From an uncultured virus (IMG/VR IMGVR_UViG_3300044731_002104) (lineage: Duplodnaviria > Heunggongvirae > Uroviricota > Caudoviricetes), in IMG/VR virus record IMGVR_UViG_3300044731_002104: 64,000 nucleotides of DNA, one strand, 5' to 3'. The position numbers and the translations under genes are program-made. This document shows positions 37,406-47,046 of this stretch, piece by piece. Every line of letters begins with the position of its first letter. Positions within the stretch are counted from its first letter, which is position 1. Below the pieces are notes generated by a model that saw only the letters and a list, made by a program, of their open reading frames with translations, was not told where the DNA came from and did not search any database.

Positions 37406-37443
37406 CCGCCTTGAGTCATTTCGACCAGGCGGTTTTTTCATTT
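37406..37443 (+). terminator. Terminator-like hairpin before capsid gene
   Basis: CCGCCT...AGGCGG followed by TTTTTT. Confidence 0.5.
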
Positions 37444-37457
37444 CTGGAGATAAACCA

Positions 37458-38774
37458 ATGAGCAAGCAATTGCGTGAGCTTCAAGCTCGCAAAGCCACCC
37501 TGGTCAAGGACGCACGCGCCCTGACCGATATCGCTGCCGCCGAGCAGCGCGACATGAACGACGAAGAGGTCGCAGCCTTCGAAGCCCTCAAGGCCAAGAT
37601 CGAAGCAACTTCAGCCGCCATTGACCGTGAAGCTGCCCTGATTGCCGAAGAGGCACAGATGAACCACCCCTCTCAACTGACCACGGCTTCTGTGATCACG
37701 GTGGTGGACAACGCCGCCGCAGACCCCAAGCACGGCTTCAAGAGTGTGGGCGACTTCCTCAAGACCGTGCGCCAGGCGCAAAACCCTGGTGCTTCCATCG
37801 ATGAGCGCCTGCTGATCGGCTCGGGCCGAAACGCAGTGGCGCCTGCCACCTTCGGCAATGAAGGTTCGGCCCAGGACGGCGGCTTTCTGGTGCCGCCTCA
37901 GTTCGCCCAGGAAATCTTCCAGTTGTCTTTGGGCGAGGACTCCCTGCTGCCCATGACCGACAACGTGGAGATCACGGGCAACACCATGGCCTTCCCCAAG
38001 GATGAGACCACGCCCTGGGGCACCAACGGCATCCGTGCCTACTGGCAAGGTGAAGCGGCTTCTGCCATCGGTACCAAGCCGGTGCTGGGCCTGTCGACGC
38101 TGCGCCTCAAAAAGCTCATGGCCCTGGTGCCGGTGACCGACGAGTTGCTGGACGACACCAATGCCCTGTCGACCTACCTGCCTGACAAGATCGCCACCTC
38201 CATTCGCTGGAAGACCAACGAGTCGATCCTGTTTGGCTCGGGCACTGGCCTGCCGGTGGGTTGCATGAGCAACGCCACCACGGTGACCGTGGCCAAGGAA
38301 TCGGGTCAGGCCACGCAGACGCTCTTGGCTCAGAACCTGGCCAAGATGATCTCGCGCTTGCCCCCTGGCTCGTTTGGCAAGTCGGTCTGGATCGTCAACA
38401 ACGACGTGCTCCCGGCGCTCTTCACGCTGACCCTGGGCAACTACCCGATCTATCTGCCCACCGGCATGAACCCTGGTGGCATTCAGGTCTCGCCCTACGG
38501 CACGTTGCTTGGCCGTCCGGTCATCGTCTCCCAGCATGCCAACACCTTCTCCTCTGCGGGTGATGTGCTCCTGGCGGACCTCTCGTACTACCAGACCATC
38601 ACCAAAGCGGGAGGCATGCAGACGGCCACTTCCATGCACCTGTACTTCGATGCGGACCTCACGGCTTTCCGCACCACGTTCCGCATGGACGGCCAATCCA
38701 AGATCGCTGCGCCGATCACCCCCGCCAAGGGCAGCACGACCATGTCGCCCTTTGTCCAACTGGGCGCTCGCTGA
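37458..38774 (+). CDS. HK97-family major capsid protein
   Basis: Coiled-coil delta domain, DGGFLVP, TLLGRPV. Confidence 0.93.
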   Translation: MSKQLRELQARKATLVKDARALTDIAAAEQRDMNDEEVAAFEALKAKIEATSAAIDREAALIAEEAQMNHPSQLTTASVITVVDNAAADPKHGFKSVGDFLKTVRQAQNPGASIDERLLIGSGRNAVAPATFGNEGSAQDGGFLVPPQFAQEIFQLSLGEDSLLPMTDNVEITGNTMAFPKDETTPWGTNGIRAYWQGEAASAIGTKPVLGLSTLRLKKLMALVPVTDELLDDTNALSTYLPDKIATSIRWKTNESILFGSGTGLPVGCMSNATTVTVAKESGQATQTLLAQNLAKMISRLPPGSFGKSVWIVNNDVLPALFTLTLGNYPIYLPTGMNPGGIQVSPYGTLLGRPVIVSQHANTFSSAGDVLLADLSYYQTITKAGGMQTATSMHLYFDADLTAFRTTFRMDGQSKIAAPITPAKGSTTMSPFVQLGAR

Positions 38775-38804
38775 TCAGGCGCCTGACCATCAAGGAGAAA
38801 TCAC

Positions 38805-39254
38805 ATGTTTCCCAATGCAAAAGGCAGCGAGCTATTCTCGGTTCTGGCCACCATCGACCCGGCCAGCCAGGCCGTCGGTACCACCTCTACTGGCTGGATC
38901 TCGGCCGGTAACCACCACAACCTGCTGGCGCTCATCCAAAGCGGCGCTCTGGGCACCAACGCCACGCTGGATGCCAAGCTCCAGCAGGCCCAGGATGCTT
39001 CGGGCACCGGTGCCAAGGACCTGACGGGTAAGGCCATCACGCAGCTCACCCAGGCTGCCAGTGGCTCGGCCAAGCAGGCGCTGATCAACCTGCGCCCGGA
39101 TGACCTGGATGTGACCAACGGCTATGCCTATGTGCGCCTGTCGGTGAGCGTGGGTGTTGCCGCCAGTCTGACCGCAGCCCAGGTGCTTGGCGTCAACCCC
39201 CGTTTTGCGCCGGGCGACGCCAATAACCAGGCCGCTGTGGTCCAGGTGGTCTAA
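38805..39254 (+). CDS. Phage structural protein (capsid decoration-like)
   Basis: Position after capsid; AAGGAG RBS. Confidence 0.65.
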   Translation: MFPNAKGSELFSVLATIDPASQAVGTTSTGWISAGNHHNLLALIQSGALGTNATLDAKLQQAQDASGTGAKDLTGKAITQLTQAASGSAKQALINLRPDDLDVTNGYAYVRLSVSVGVAASLTAAQVLGVNPRFAPGDANNQAAVVQVV

Positions 39255-39274
39255 GAAATCGGGGAGAGCAATGC

Positions 39275-39898
39275 ATGCCTATGCAGTTGATCACCCCGCC
39301 TGCAGGAGAGCCGGTTTCGCTTGCCGAAGCCAAGCTCCACCTGCGGGTGGACTTCGATGACGACGACAGCCTGATTCAGGTCCTGATCTCCGCCGCCCGA
39401 CAGGCCGCCGAGACGCTGACCAACCGGCAACTTGTCACGGCGCGCTGGCGGATGGTGCTCGACAGCTTTCCTGGACCCAGCCTCATGGGCGTGCCCGCAG
39501 GGCAGGTGTTCACGTTGCCCGGGCACGCTGTGTTACTGCCCAAATCGCCCGTGCAGTCGGTGGTGGAAATCCGCTATCTGGACATGGCGGGTGCCTGGCA
39601 GGTCATGCCAGCAGCGAACTACACGATCGACAACGCCTGCGAGCCTGCCCGAATCACTCCCGTGTTCGGGCAGATCTGGCCGATTGCCTTGCCTCAGATC
39701 GGGGCCGTGAGCGTGATCTTTGATGCCGGATATGGCGACGCTTCGGCGGTGCCCGAGGGCATCAAGACCTGGATCAAGCTGCGCCTGGGCTCTCTTTACG
39801 TCCACCGCGAGGAGGTGGCATCGATGACGCGAGGGCGCATTGATCCCTTGCCCTTCATCGATGGCCTGCTCGATCCCTACAAGGTACCTTTGATATGA
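39275..39898 (+). CDS. Head-tail connector
   Basis: EPVSLAEAKLHLRVD..DDD.LI. Confidence 0.88.
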   Translation: MPMQLITPPAGEPVSLAEAKLHLRVDFDDDDSLIQVLISAARQAAETLTNRQLVTARWRMVLDSFPGPSLMGVPAGQVFTLPGHAVLLPKSPVQSVVEIRYLDMAGAWQVMPAANYTIDNACEPARITPVFGQIWPIALPQIGAVSVIFDAGYGDASAVPEGIKTWIKLRLGSLYVHREEVASMTRGRIDPLPFIDGLLDPYKVPLI

Positions 39899-39905
39899 GG
39901 CCTCT

Positions 39906-40256
39906 ATGAACCCGATCGGAGCCGGAACGCTGGGCCGCCGCATCAAGATCCAGCGCCCCAGTACCGTCAAAGACAGCCTGGGTGCACCCAGTCGGACATG
40001 GATCGATGTGGCCACGGTGTGGGCAGACATCCAGCCTTTGTCCGGACGAGAGGCTGTGATTGCCAGCCGGATCTCGGCCGAACTCACGCACCAGATCACG
40101 GTGCGTTACCAGAGCATTTTTGACAACCCTCAGCTGGTGGCCCAGTACAGGGTGCTCTACAGGTCGCGGATCTTCAACATCCACTCGGCCCTGAACGAGG
40201 ACGAAAAACGCGTCCTGGTCATCCTGCTGGCCAGCGAGGGTCTGGACGATGGCTAA
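39906..40256 (+). CDS. Head closure protein
   Basis: G.L..RI.IQ...W.DVATVWA.I.P. Confidence 0.85.
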   Translation: MNPIGAGTLGRRIKIQRPSTVKDSLGAPSRTWIDVATVWADIQPLSGREAVIASRISAELTHQITVRYQSIFDNPQLVAQYRVLYRSRIFNIHSALNEDEKRVLVILLASEGLDDG

Positions 40257-40749
40257 GCATGAACCCTTCAAGGTGGAGGGCTTGGCTGAATTGGCCAAAG
40301 CCCTGCGCGAATTGCCTGACCGGGTAGCCAAAAACGGCCTGCGCGTCTCTGTTTATGCCGGAGCCAAGGTCATCCGCGATGAAGCCCGCATGCGTGCGCC
40401 CAAAGCGGCCGAAGTCCTGGGACCCAATCAGCCGCCACCAGGCACGCTCAAGCGCTCGGTGATCATGAAACAGATCCCTGAGCTCTCCAGCCTCACGCGC
40501 CAGACCTTCTTTGTGACGGTGCGCCACGGCAAGAAGTACCGCAAGCAGGGCAAGAAGGGCAACCTCTCGCAGGATGCCTGGTACTGGCGTTTCGTGGAGT
40601 TTGGCACCCGAAAAATGCGCGCGCGGCCATTCCTGAGACCTGCCCTGGAAGCCAAGCGTCGCGAAGCGGTGCAGGCCATGAAGGACCGGTTGAGTGAGCG
40701 TATCGAGCTGGAAGCCAAGAACCTCTACAGAGGTCAGCAAAGGAAGTAG
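40249..40749 (+). CDS. HK97 gp10-like morphogenesis protein
   Basis: YWRFVEFGT.KM.ARPFLRPA. Confidence 0.88.
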   Translation: MAKHEPFKVEGLAELAKALRELPDRVAKNGLRVSVYAGAKVIRDEARMRAPKAAEVLGPNQPPPGTLKRSVIMKQIPELSSLTRQTFFVTVRHGKKYRKQGKKGNLSQDAWYWRFVEFGTRKMRARPFLRPALEAKRREAVQAMKDRLSERIELEAKNLYRGQQRK

Positions 40750-40751
40750 CT

Positions 40752-41102
40752 GTGCAGGATTTCTTTGACGCCATCAAGGACCTGGCCGGGGGGGAGGTCT
40801 ACGCGCTTGTCGCTGCAGAAAACACCCAGTACCCGGCCATCGTCTACACGCCCATCGTCCAAGAGCACATCTTCGGCATAGATGGACCGCATGGCCTGCA
40901 GCGCGTGCGCGTGCAGGTCGACACCTACGCCAGAACGTACCAGGAGGCCTTGCACCTGCAAGACCAGGTCCTGACTGCGCTGCTGGCGGACAAAAGCACC
41001 GTCGCCGATGTGCGCATGGGGCTCAGTGAATTTGAAGATCAGGCCCGGCTGTACCGGGTGAGCGTGGACTACACCTACCACCGGCCGGTGGGTTCACCGT
41101 GA
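40752..41102 (+). CDS. Tail terminator (DUF3168-like)
   Basis: YPAIVY, RVQVDTYA. Confidence 0.8.
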   Translation: MQDFFDAIKDLAGGEVYALVAAENTQYPAIVYTPIVQEHIFGIDGPHGLQRVRVQVDTYARTYQEALHLQDQVLTALLADKSTVADVRMGLSEFEDQARLYRVSVDYTYHRPVGSP

Positions 41103-41118
41103 AACAAGGAGCATCTAC

Positions 41119-41529
41119 ATGAGCAGCACCGCAATCACCGCGCAGGGTATTGCCATTGCCCGGTTTGGCACCACCGCCTTTGAAACCATCCCCAACGTGG
41201 TCTCGTTTCAAGGCCCTGGCGGGCAGGCAGCAGTGATCGACGTCACCAATCTAGCGTCTACTGCCAAGGAAAAGCGCGTGGGCCTGCGCGACGAGGGGCA
41301 GTTGTCCCTGACCTTGCACTACAACCCCGACGATCTGGTGCACCAGGGCCTGAGGACCGACCGGGCCAACCGGGTGCGCCGCCAGTTCAAGATCACTTTT
41401 ACAGACACCAACCCTGCCACCTGGACCTTCTACGGCTATGTCACGCACTTCAGCGTGCAAGGCGGTGTGGATGCGGTCGTGCAGGCCTCCGTGACCATCG
41501 AGATCGATGGCGACATCACCGAAGCTTAA
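41119..41529 (+). CDS. Tail tube protein
   Basis: IDVT.L.S.AKE...GLRD.G. Confidence 0.85.
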   Translation: MSSTAITAQGIAIARFGTTAFETIPNVVSFQGPGGQAAVIDVTNLASTAKEKRVGLRDEGQLSLTLHYNPDDLVHQGLRTDRANRVRRQFKITFTDTNPATWTFYGYVTHFSVQGGVDAVVQASVTIEIDGDITEA

Positions 41530-41543
41530 AGAGAGACACACCC

Positions 41544-41882
41544 ATGTTGACCCGTGAACAAATCCTGCAGAGCGATGATCTGCCCCGTGAAACTGTCCAA
41601 GTCCCGGAGTGGGGCGGGGAGGTGCAGGTGCGCACCATGACCGGTACCGACCGTGATGCCTTTGAGGCCAGCTTGATTGGCAAGGAAGGCCGTCTTGAGA
41701 ACGTGCGTGCCCGCCTGGTCTCGCTCACCTTGTGCGACGAGACGGGGAGCCGTCTTTTCAGCGATGGTGACATCACGTCGCTCGGAGGCAAGAGCGCCAA
41801 GGCACTGGACCGGGTGTTTGCCGTGTCCCAGCGCCTGAACGGCATCGGCGCTGATCAGGTGGACGCCGCAAAAAACGCCTGA
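41544..41882 (+). CDS. Tail assembly chaperone (gpG-like)
   Basis: VPEWGGEV; ends with slippery A AAA AAC. Confidence 0.85.
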   Translation: MLTREQILQSDDLPRETVQVPEWGGEVQVRTMTGTDRDAFEASLIGKEGRLENVRARLVSLTLCDETGSRLFSDGDITSLGGKSAKALDRVFAVSQRLNGIGADQVDAAKNA

Positions 41883-42232
41883 TCGCCCATCCTTCGCGGC
41901 GCTTTGTGTTCCGGCTGGCGCTGGCTTTGGGCCAGCCGGTGCGCGCGATGCTCGCATCGATGGGGTCGGACGAGCTGACCGAGTGGATGGCGTACTACCA
42001 GCTCGAGCCCTTTGGGGACTATCGGGCCGATTACAGGTCCGGCGTGGTGGCCTCCACCTTTGCCAATGCCCACCGGGCCAAGGATGCGGGGCCATTTCGG
42101 CCAGAGGATTTCATGCCCTTCCTGGATAAGCCGCAACCCACCCAACCTCAAGACGAAACACAGCTCAATGTGGCCCGGTTCAAGGCCATGTTCGCGCATA
42201 AGGTCCAAAAAAGGCAATCACAGCATGGCTGA
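41870..42232 (+). CDS. gpT-like -1 frameshift extension of tail chaperone
   Basis: -1 frame from 41870 is open into ORF 41906-42232 (LALALG...S.EL.EW.AY..LEPFG). Confidence 0.8.
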   Translation, partial: KKRLIAHPSRRFVFRLALALGQPVRAMLASMGSDELTEWMAYYQLEPFGDYRADYRSGVVASTFANAHRAKDAGPFRPEDFMPFLDKPQPTQPQDETQLNVARFKAMFAHKVQKRQSQHG

Positions 42233-44669
42233 TATCGGTTCCCTCGTGGTCAAACTCGCAGCGGAAACGGCCGATTTCCGCGAAGACCTGGGCAAGAGTG
42301 CATTGCTTTTGGAGCGCCACGCCGAATCCATGCGTGGCTCCCTCGAAAAAGTGGCCGAAGTCGCCAAAACCACCTTTGCCATCGCCATCGGCGTGGAGTC
42401 GGTGGGGGCGCTCAAGGAATTGGTGGCCCACACGCTGGAAACAGTGGCCGCCCTACAGGATCTGGCCGAGCAGACCGGAGCAAGTGCCACGGCCCTGTCT
42501 GGCTTTGCGCCCGTGGCCACCATTTCTGGCGTGGCGATGGAGCAGATTGGCGTAGGCCTGACCAAGCTCTCCAAGGGGCTGGCCGGGGTGGACGATGAGA
42601 CCAAGGGGGCTTCACAAGCTCTGCAGTTTCTGGGCATCAAGGCCAAGGATGCGGGGGGAAACCTGCGCGATCCGGCTGAGGTCATGAACGACATTGCCCT
42701 GAAACTGTCCAATTTCGAGGACGGGGCAGGCAAGACGGCCATTGCGCTTGAGCTGTTCGGTAAGTCTGGAGCTGGGCTGCTGCCCTTCCTCAAGGACCTG
42801 GCGGCCAACCAGGATCTGAACATCCGGCTCACTGAAGCTGAGATTGAATCTGCCGAGAAAGCCTCCAAGGCGCTGGGCCGCATGCGGGCCGAGCACAACT
42901 TCGTCGCCCAGACCATCGTCACGGCCGCGCTTCCTGCACTCGAAGAATTGGTGGGCGAGCTCAAAGCCGTGATGCTGGGCACGCACAACACGGCTGAGGC
43001 CATGGTCAAGCTGCGAGACGATGGCACGCTCAAGACCTGGGCGCAGGACACAGCGTATGGCATTGCCATCGTGATCGATGCGCTGCGTGGTGTGATCCAG
43101 ATGGCCAAGGCGGTCATGGGCAGCTTCGAGGCGGTCTGGGCCGACATCGAGTTGCTCGGCACCTTTTTGGCCGGTGGCAAGGGCTTGAACCCGTTCTCCG
43201 AGGAGAACCAGGCCACCCTCAAGACCGCATTGGAAAAACGCAATGCGATCGTTGAAAAGGCCAACCAGACCTATGTTGACCTCTGGAAGATGCCTTTGCT
43301 CGCTGATGCGGTCAAGGAGCGTTTCGATGCGATCAACAAGGGGGAAACCGAGGCTGCGTCCGAAGCCAAAAAGCCCAAGCTGAACTACAACTCGGCCACT
43401 GGCGCGCTCACTGCAGCGGCCATGGCCAAGATTGAGAGCGACATCAAGCAGCTGCAGAGTCTGACCGATGTGGAAACGGGCCTTCTGAAGGACCGGCAAA
43501 AGATCATCGACCTCTATGAGGGGCAGGGATACATCAGCTACAAGGAGGCGAGTGAAGCCCGGCTGAACGTTCAGCAGGAATTCACGGACCGCCTGGGTGA
43601 GTTGTATGCGCAGGAAGAGTCCATCTTGAAGCGTGGCCTGGCCACCGTGGCCAAGACAGCCCAGGACAAATTGAAGCTCCAGGACAAGCTTTCGGAAATC
43701 ACCCTGCGCCGAGAAAAGCTCGAGCGTGAAGCCCAGCAGTCCAATCTGGAGCGCGAGATCAAGCTGCCGGGTGAAACACTCAAGGACCTGCAGGAGCAGG
43801 TAGCCAGAAGCCAGGGTCAGCTGCGATCGACCGAAGAGCAAATCAAGGTTCTGCGTGAGACCGGTTCGATCAGCGAGATCGATTCGCTGAAACGGTTGTC
43901 GGCTGCCAGGCGCTCCAGTGCCGATGAGCTGGCGGATTTCGCGGCCAAGGCCAGAGAACTGGTGGAGGCCACGCCTGGCAACGACAAGTTGGCCGAATCG
44001 TTTCGGCGCATCGAGGAGGCCGCCCGTCAAGCAGCCGATGGGGCGACCTTGCTGGGTCAACGGGCCCTTGAGTTGTCAGATCCCGGTGCGGGGTTCTCCA
44101 AGGCGCTTCGCACCCTGGGTGAAGAAACCGAGCAGGTGGGCAAGCAGATGGAGGCAGTGACCACCAAGGCCTTCAATGGAATGACGGATGCGCTCACCAA
44201 CTTCGTGATGACGGGCAAGCTCGACTTCAAGTCGCTGGCCACCTCCATCATCTCTGACCTGATCCGCATTCAGATTCAGCGTGCCATCACGCTGCCCTTG
44301 GCCAAGGCTCTGGGCAGCATGTTCGGGTTTGCCGATGGCGGGATCATGACCTCAGCAGGCCCCTTGCCCTTGCGGGCCTACGCCAGTGGCGGTGTGGCCA
44401 CCACGCCTCAGCTGGCCGTCTTTGGCGAGGGTTCCATGGCCGAGGCCTATGTGCCGTTGCCTGATGGTCGCTCGATCCCTGTCACGATGAATCAGTCCTC
44501 GTCAGGAGGCGGCGATGTGTTCAACATCTCGGTGAATGTGGCTGAGGGTGGGGTGACCAGCAGCGCAGGGCAGGGCAAAGACTTGGGGCGGGCGATTTCC
44601 AGTGCGGTGCGCCAGGAGCTGCTCAACCAAAAGCGGGCCGGTGGTCTGCTGGACCCGCGTCGGCAGTGA
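42225..44669 (+). CDS. Tail tape measure protein
   Basis: MADIGSLVVKL; long helical protein; lambda-type C-terminus. Confidence 0.92.
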   Translation: MADIGSLVVKLAAETADFREDLGKSALLLERHAESMRGSLEKVAEVAKTTFAIAIGVESVGALKELVAHTLETVAALQDLAEQTGASATALSGFAPVATISGVAMEQIGVGLTKLSKGLAGVDDETKGASQALQFLGIKAKDAGGNLRDPAEVMNDIALKLSNFEDGAGKTAIALELFGKSGAGLLPFLKDLAANQDLNIRLTEAEIESAEKASKALGRMRAEHNFVAQTIVTAALPALEELVGELKAVMLGTHNTAEAMVKLRDDGTLKTWAQDTAYGIAIVIDALRGVIQMAKAVMGSFEAVWADIELLGTFLAGGKGLNPFSEENQATLKTALEKRNAIVEKANQTYVDLWKMPLLADAVKERFDAINKGETEAASEAKKPKLNYNSATGALTAAAMAKIESDIKQLQSLTDVETGLLKDRQKIIDLYEGQGYISYKEASEARLNVQQEFTDRLGELYAQEESILKRGLATVAKTAQDKLKLQDKLSEITLRREKLEREAQQSNLEREIKLPGETLKDLQEQVARSQGQLRSTEEQIKVLRETGSISEIDSLKRLSAARRSSADELADFAAKARELVEATPGNDKLAESFRRIEEAARQAADGATLLGQRALELSDPGAGFSKALRTLGEETEQVGKQMEAVTTKAFNGMTDALTNFVMTGKLDFKSLATSIISDLIRIQIQRAITLPLAKALGSMFGFADGGIMTSAGPLPLRAYASGGVATTPQLAVFGEGSMAEAYVPLPDGRSIPVTMNQSSSGGGDVFNISVNVAEGGVTSSAGQGKDLGRAISSAVRQELLNQKRAGGLLDPRRQ

Positions 44670-44686
44670 TGTATTGAAGGATTCTC

Positions 44687-45037
44687 ATGGCGACGTTCAC
44701 ATCGACATTTACGTGGACGGCCTCGATTGGGGCATCCCTCACCCTCAAACCCAATGTCCGTAAGGTCTCCTTTGGGGATGGGTACGAGCAGCGCCTGGCC
44801 TTTGGCATCAACACCCAACCGGAGATCTGGTCCCTGGAATTCAGGGGTAAATCAACGGCCGAGGCGGCTGCCATCGACAACTTCCTGCGTGCCCGTGGGG
44901 CGGTTCAGTCATTCGACTGGACTACCCCGAGCGGCATTGTTGGCAAGTTCCTTTGTGAGGAGTGGAGCCGCAGCATCGAAGAACCCAATCTGGAAAACAT
45001 CCACGCCACGTTCCGGCAGGTGTTTGATATGTCATGA
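44687..45037 (+). CDS. Minor tail protein gpM-like
   Basis: FGDGYEQR...GIN, F.WTTP, ATF.QVF. Confidence 0.88.
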   Translation: MATFTSTFTWTASIGASLTLKPNVRKVSFGDGYEQRLAFGINTQPEIWSLEFRGKSTAEAAAIDNFLRARGAVQSFDWTTPSGIVGKFLCEEWSRSIEEPNLENIHATFRQVFDMS

Positions 45038-45738
45038 CCAGCCAAGCGATTACTTCAGAAATTCAGAGACTGGCCCCGAGTGCGGTCATCGAGCTTTTTG
45101 TGCTCGACCTGTCCCTATTCAACGAGGGGGTGGTGAGGTTTCATGCCGGAACCAATGAGCTGCGTCAGCAGGTGGTCTGGCAGGGCAACACCTATGAGCC
45201 GTTTCCCATCCAGGCCGAAGGCTTTGAATTCAACGGCAACGGCCAGGTGCCGCGTCCCAAACTCAAGGTGGCCAATGTCACAGGCAGCATCACCGCACTC
45301 ATCCTGTCCTATCAGGACCTGGTGGGGGCCAAAGTCACCAGAAAGCGCACGCTCCTTAAATACCTGGATGCGGTGAACTTTGCCTCTGGGTCCAACTCGA
45401 CAGCAGACGCCACCGCTGAATTCGCGGAGGACGTGTATTTCATTGACCGCAAGTCCCGGGAAACCCGGGATGTGGTCGAGTTCGAGTTGGCTGCCGCCTT
45501 TGATCTGGAAGGGGTGTCATTGCCCCGGCGCCAGATCGTGCAAAACGTCTGTCCCTGGCAATACCAGGGTGCCGAATGCGGCTACACCGGAACCGCGTAC
45601 TTCAACGCTAACGATGAAACCGTCAGCTCCCGCGCGCAGGATGCCTGTGGCAAACGCCTGGCGTCCTGTCAGAAGCGCTTTGGCGTGAATGCTGAGTTGC
45701 CCTTTGGCGGGTTTCCTGCAGCGGGGTTGATCCGGTGA
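45034..45738 (+). CDS. Minor tail protein gpL-like
   Basis: CPW.Y...CGY.G, D.CGK.L..C..RF, FGGFP. Confidence 0.9.
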   Translation: MTSQAITSEIQRLAPSAVIELFVLDLSLFNEGVVRFHAGTNELRQQVVWQGNTYEPFPIQAEGFEFNGNGQVPRPKLKVANVTGSITALILSYQDLVGAKVTRKRTLLKYLDAVNFASGSNSTADATAEFAEDVYFIDRKSRETRDVVEFELAAAFDLEGVSLPRRQIVQNVCPWQYQGAECGYTGTAYFNANDETVSSRAQDACGKRLASCQKRFGVNAELPFGGFPAAGLIR

Positions 45739-46445
45739 TGCTCGAGGCCAATCAGACGCTGGCGCTGGCCCATGCTGCTCGGGAGTTTCCCCGCGAAGCC
45801 TGTGGCTTGCTCGTCATTCACAAGGGCAGGGAGACCTATGCTCCGTGCCGCAACATTGGCGTGGGAACCGATCAGTTTGTGATCCACCCCGAGGACTATG
45901 TGCGCGCCGACCAGCTTGGCGAGATCGTGGGAGTGTTTCACTCCCACCCCAACTTGAGCCCTGAACCCAGCCAGGCGGACCGTGTGGCATGCGAAGCCAC
46001 GGCATTGCCCTGGTTCATCGCGAGTTTTCCTGCCACGCAGTGGATCGAGTTGCTCCCGCAAGGCTATGCCGCACCGCTGGTCGGGCGCGAATGGTCGCAT
46101 GGTGTGCTCGACTGCTACTCGTTGATCCGGGACTGGTACGCCCAGGAGCGCGGCATCGATCTGCCGGATTTCACCCGCTTTGACGAGTGGTGGAAGCGCG
46201 GTGAAAACCTGTACCTGGACAACTTCGCTGGCGCAGGCTTTCATGTGGTGGAGCCAGCTGACATGAATTTGGGTGATGTCCTGCTGATGCAGGTCGCATC
46301 TCCCGTGCCCAACCACGCTGCCATTTACCTGGGAGATGGTCTCATCCTGCACCACCTGCAGGGCAGGCTCTCCAGTCGCGATGTCTATGGCGGCTACTGG
46401 CAAAAGATCACCACCCACACCCTGAGACATCAACTCTTGCAGTAA
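45735..46445 (+). CDS. Tail tip protein gpK-like (JAB + NlpC/P60)
   Basis: HSHP...PS..D, DCY.L, NHAAIY. Confidence 0.9.
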   Translation: MMLEANQTLALAHAAREFPREACGLLVIHKGRETYAPCRNIGVGTDQFVIHPEDYVRADQLGEIVGVFHSHPNLSPEPSQADRVACEATALPWFIASFPATQWIELLPQGYAAPLVGREWSHGVLDCYSLIRDWYAQERGIDLPDFTRFDEWWKRGENLYLDNFAGAGFHVVEPADMNLGDVLLMQVASPVPNHAAIYLGDGLILHHLQGRLSSRDVYGGYWQKITTHTLRHQLLQ

Positions 46446-46452
46446 CACCAGC

Positions 46453-47046
46453 ATGGTCACGATCCTTCTTCTCGGTGAACTGGGCAAGCGCTTCGGGCGT
46501 CGGCACAGGATGGCGGTGACCTCGGCGGCTGAGGCCGTGCGCGCCCTTTGTGCCAACTTTCCCGGTTTTGAGCGGGAATTGGTCGCCTCGGGTGAGCGAG
46601 GAGTGGGCTATCGGGTGCTGGCTGGACGGGATGCGCTGAGCCTTGATCGTCTGCACGAGCCCAGTGGCCGACAGCGCATCACCATCGCGCCGGTCGTGTC
46701 CGGGGCCGGTGGTAACGGGCTGGGTCAGATCCTGCTGGGCGCTGCCCTTATCGCCGTATCCTGGTGGAATCCGATGGGCTGGGCCGCAGCAGGCTCTTTT
46801 CTGTCGCAGGCCACTTTGTATTCAGTGGGCACATCCATGATCCTGGGCGGTGTGGCACAGATGATTGCCCCCACCGCCAAAGCCCAGGACCCCTCTGAGC
46901 GGCCAGGCAACCAGCCCAGTTATGTTTTCAACGGGGCCGTCAACACCACGGCGCAGGGCCATCCCGTACCTGTGGGCTACGGCCGACTCATTGTGGGTTC
47001 GGCCGTGATCAGCGCGGGCATTGATGTGGATGAGATCGCTGTATGA
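46453..47046 (+). CDS. Tail assembly protein gpI-like
   Basis: LLGELG..FG, NT..QG.PVP..YG. Confidence 0.9.
   Translation: MVTILLLGELGKRFGRRHRMAVTSAAEAVRALCANFPGFERELVASGERGVGYRVLAGRDALSLDRLHEPSGRQRITIAPVVSGAGGNGLGQILLGAALIAVSWWNPMGWAAAGSFLSQATLYSVGTSMILGGVAQMIAPTAKAQDPSERPGNQPSYVFNGAVNTTAQGHPVPVGYGRLIVGSAVISAGIDVDEIAV

Noticed and set aside
37611..44060. Long antisense ORFs (37611-38759, 42218-43264, 42612-44060 and similar)
   Set aside because: Shadow frames of high-GC capsid and tape-measure genes.
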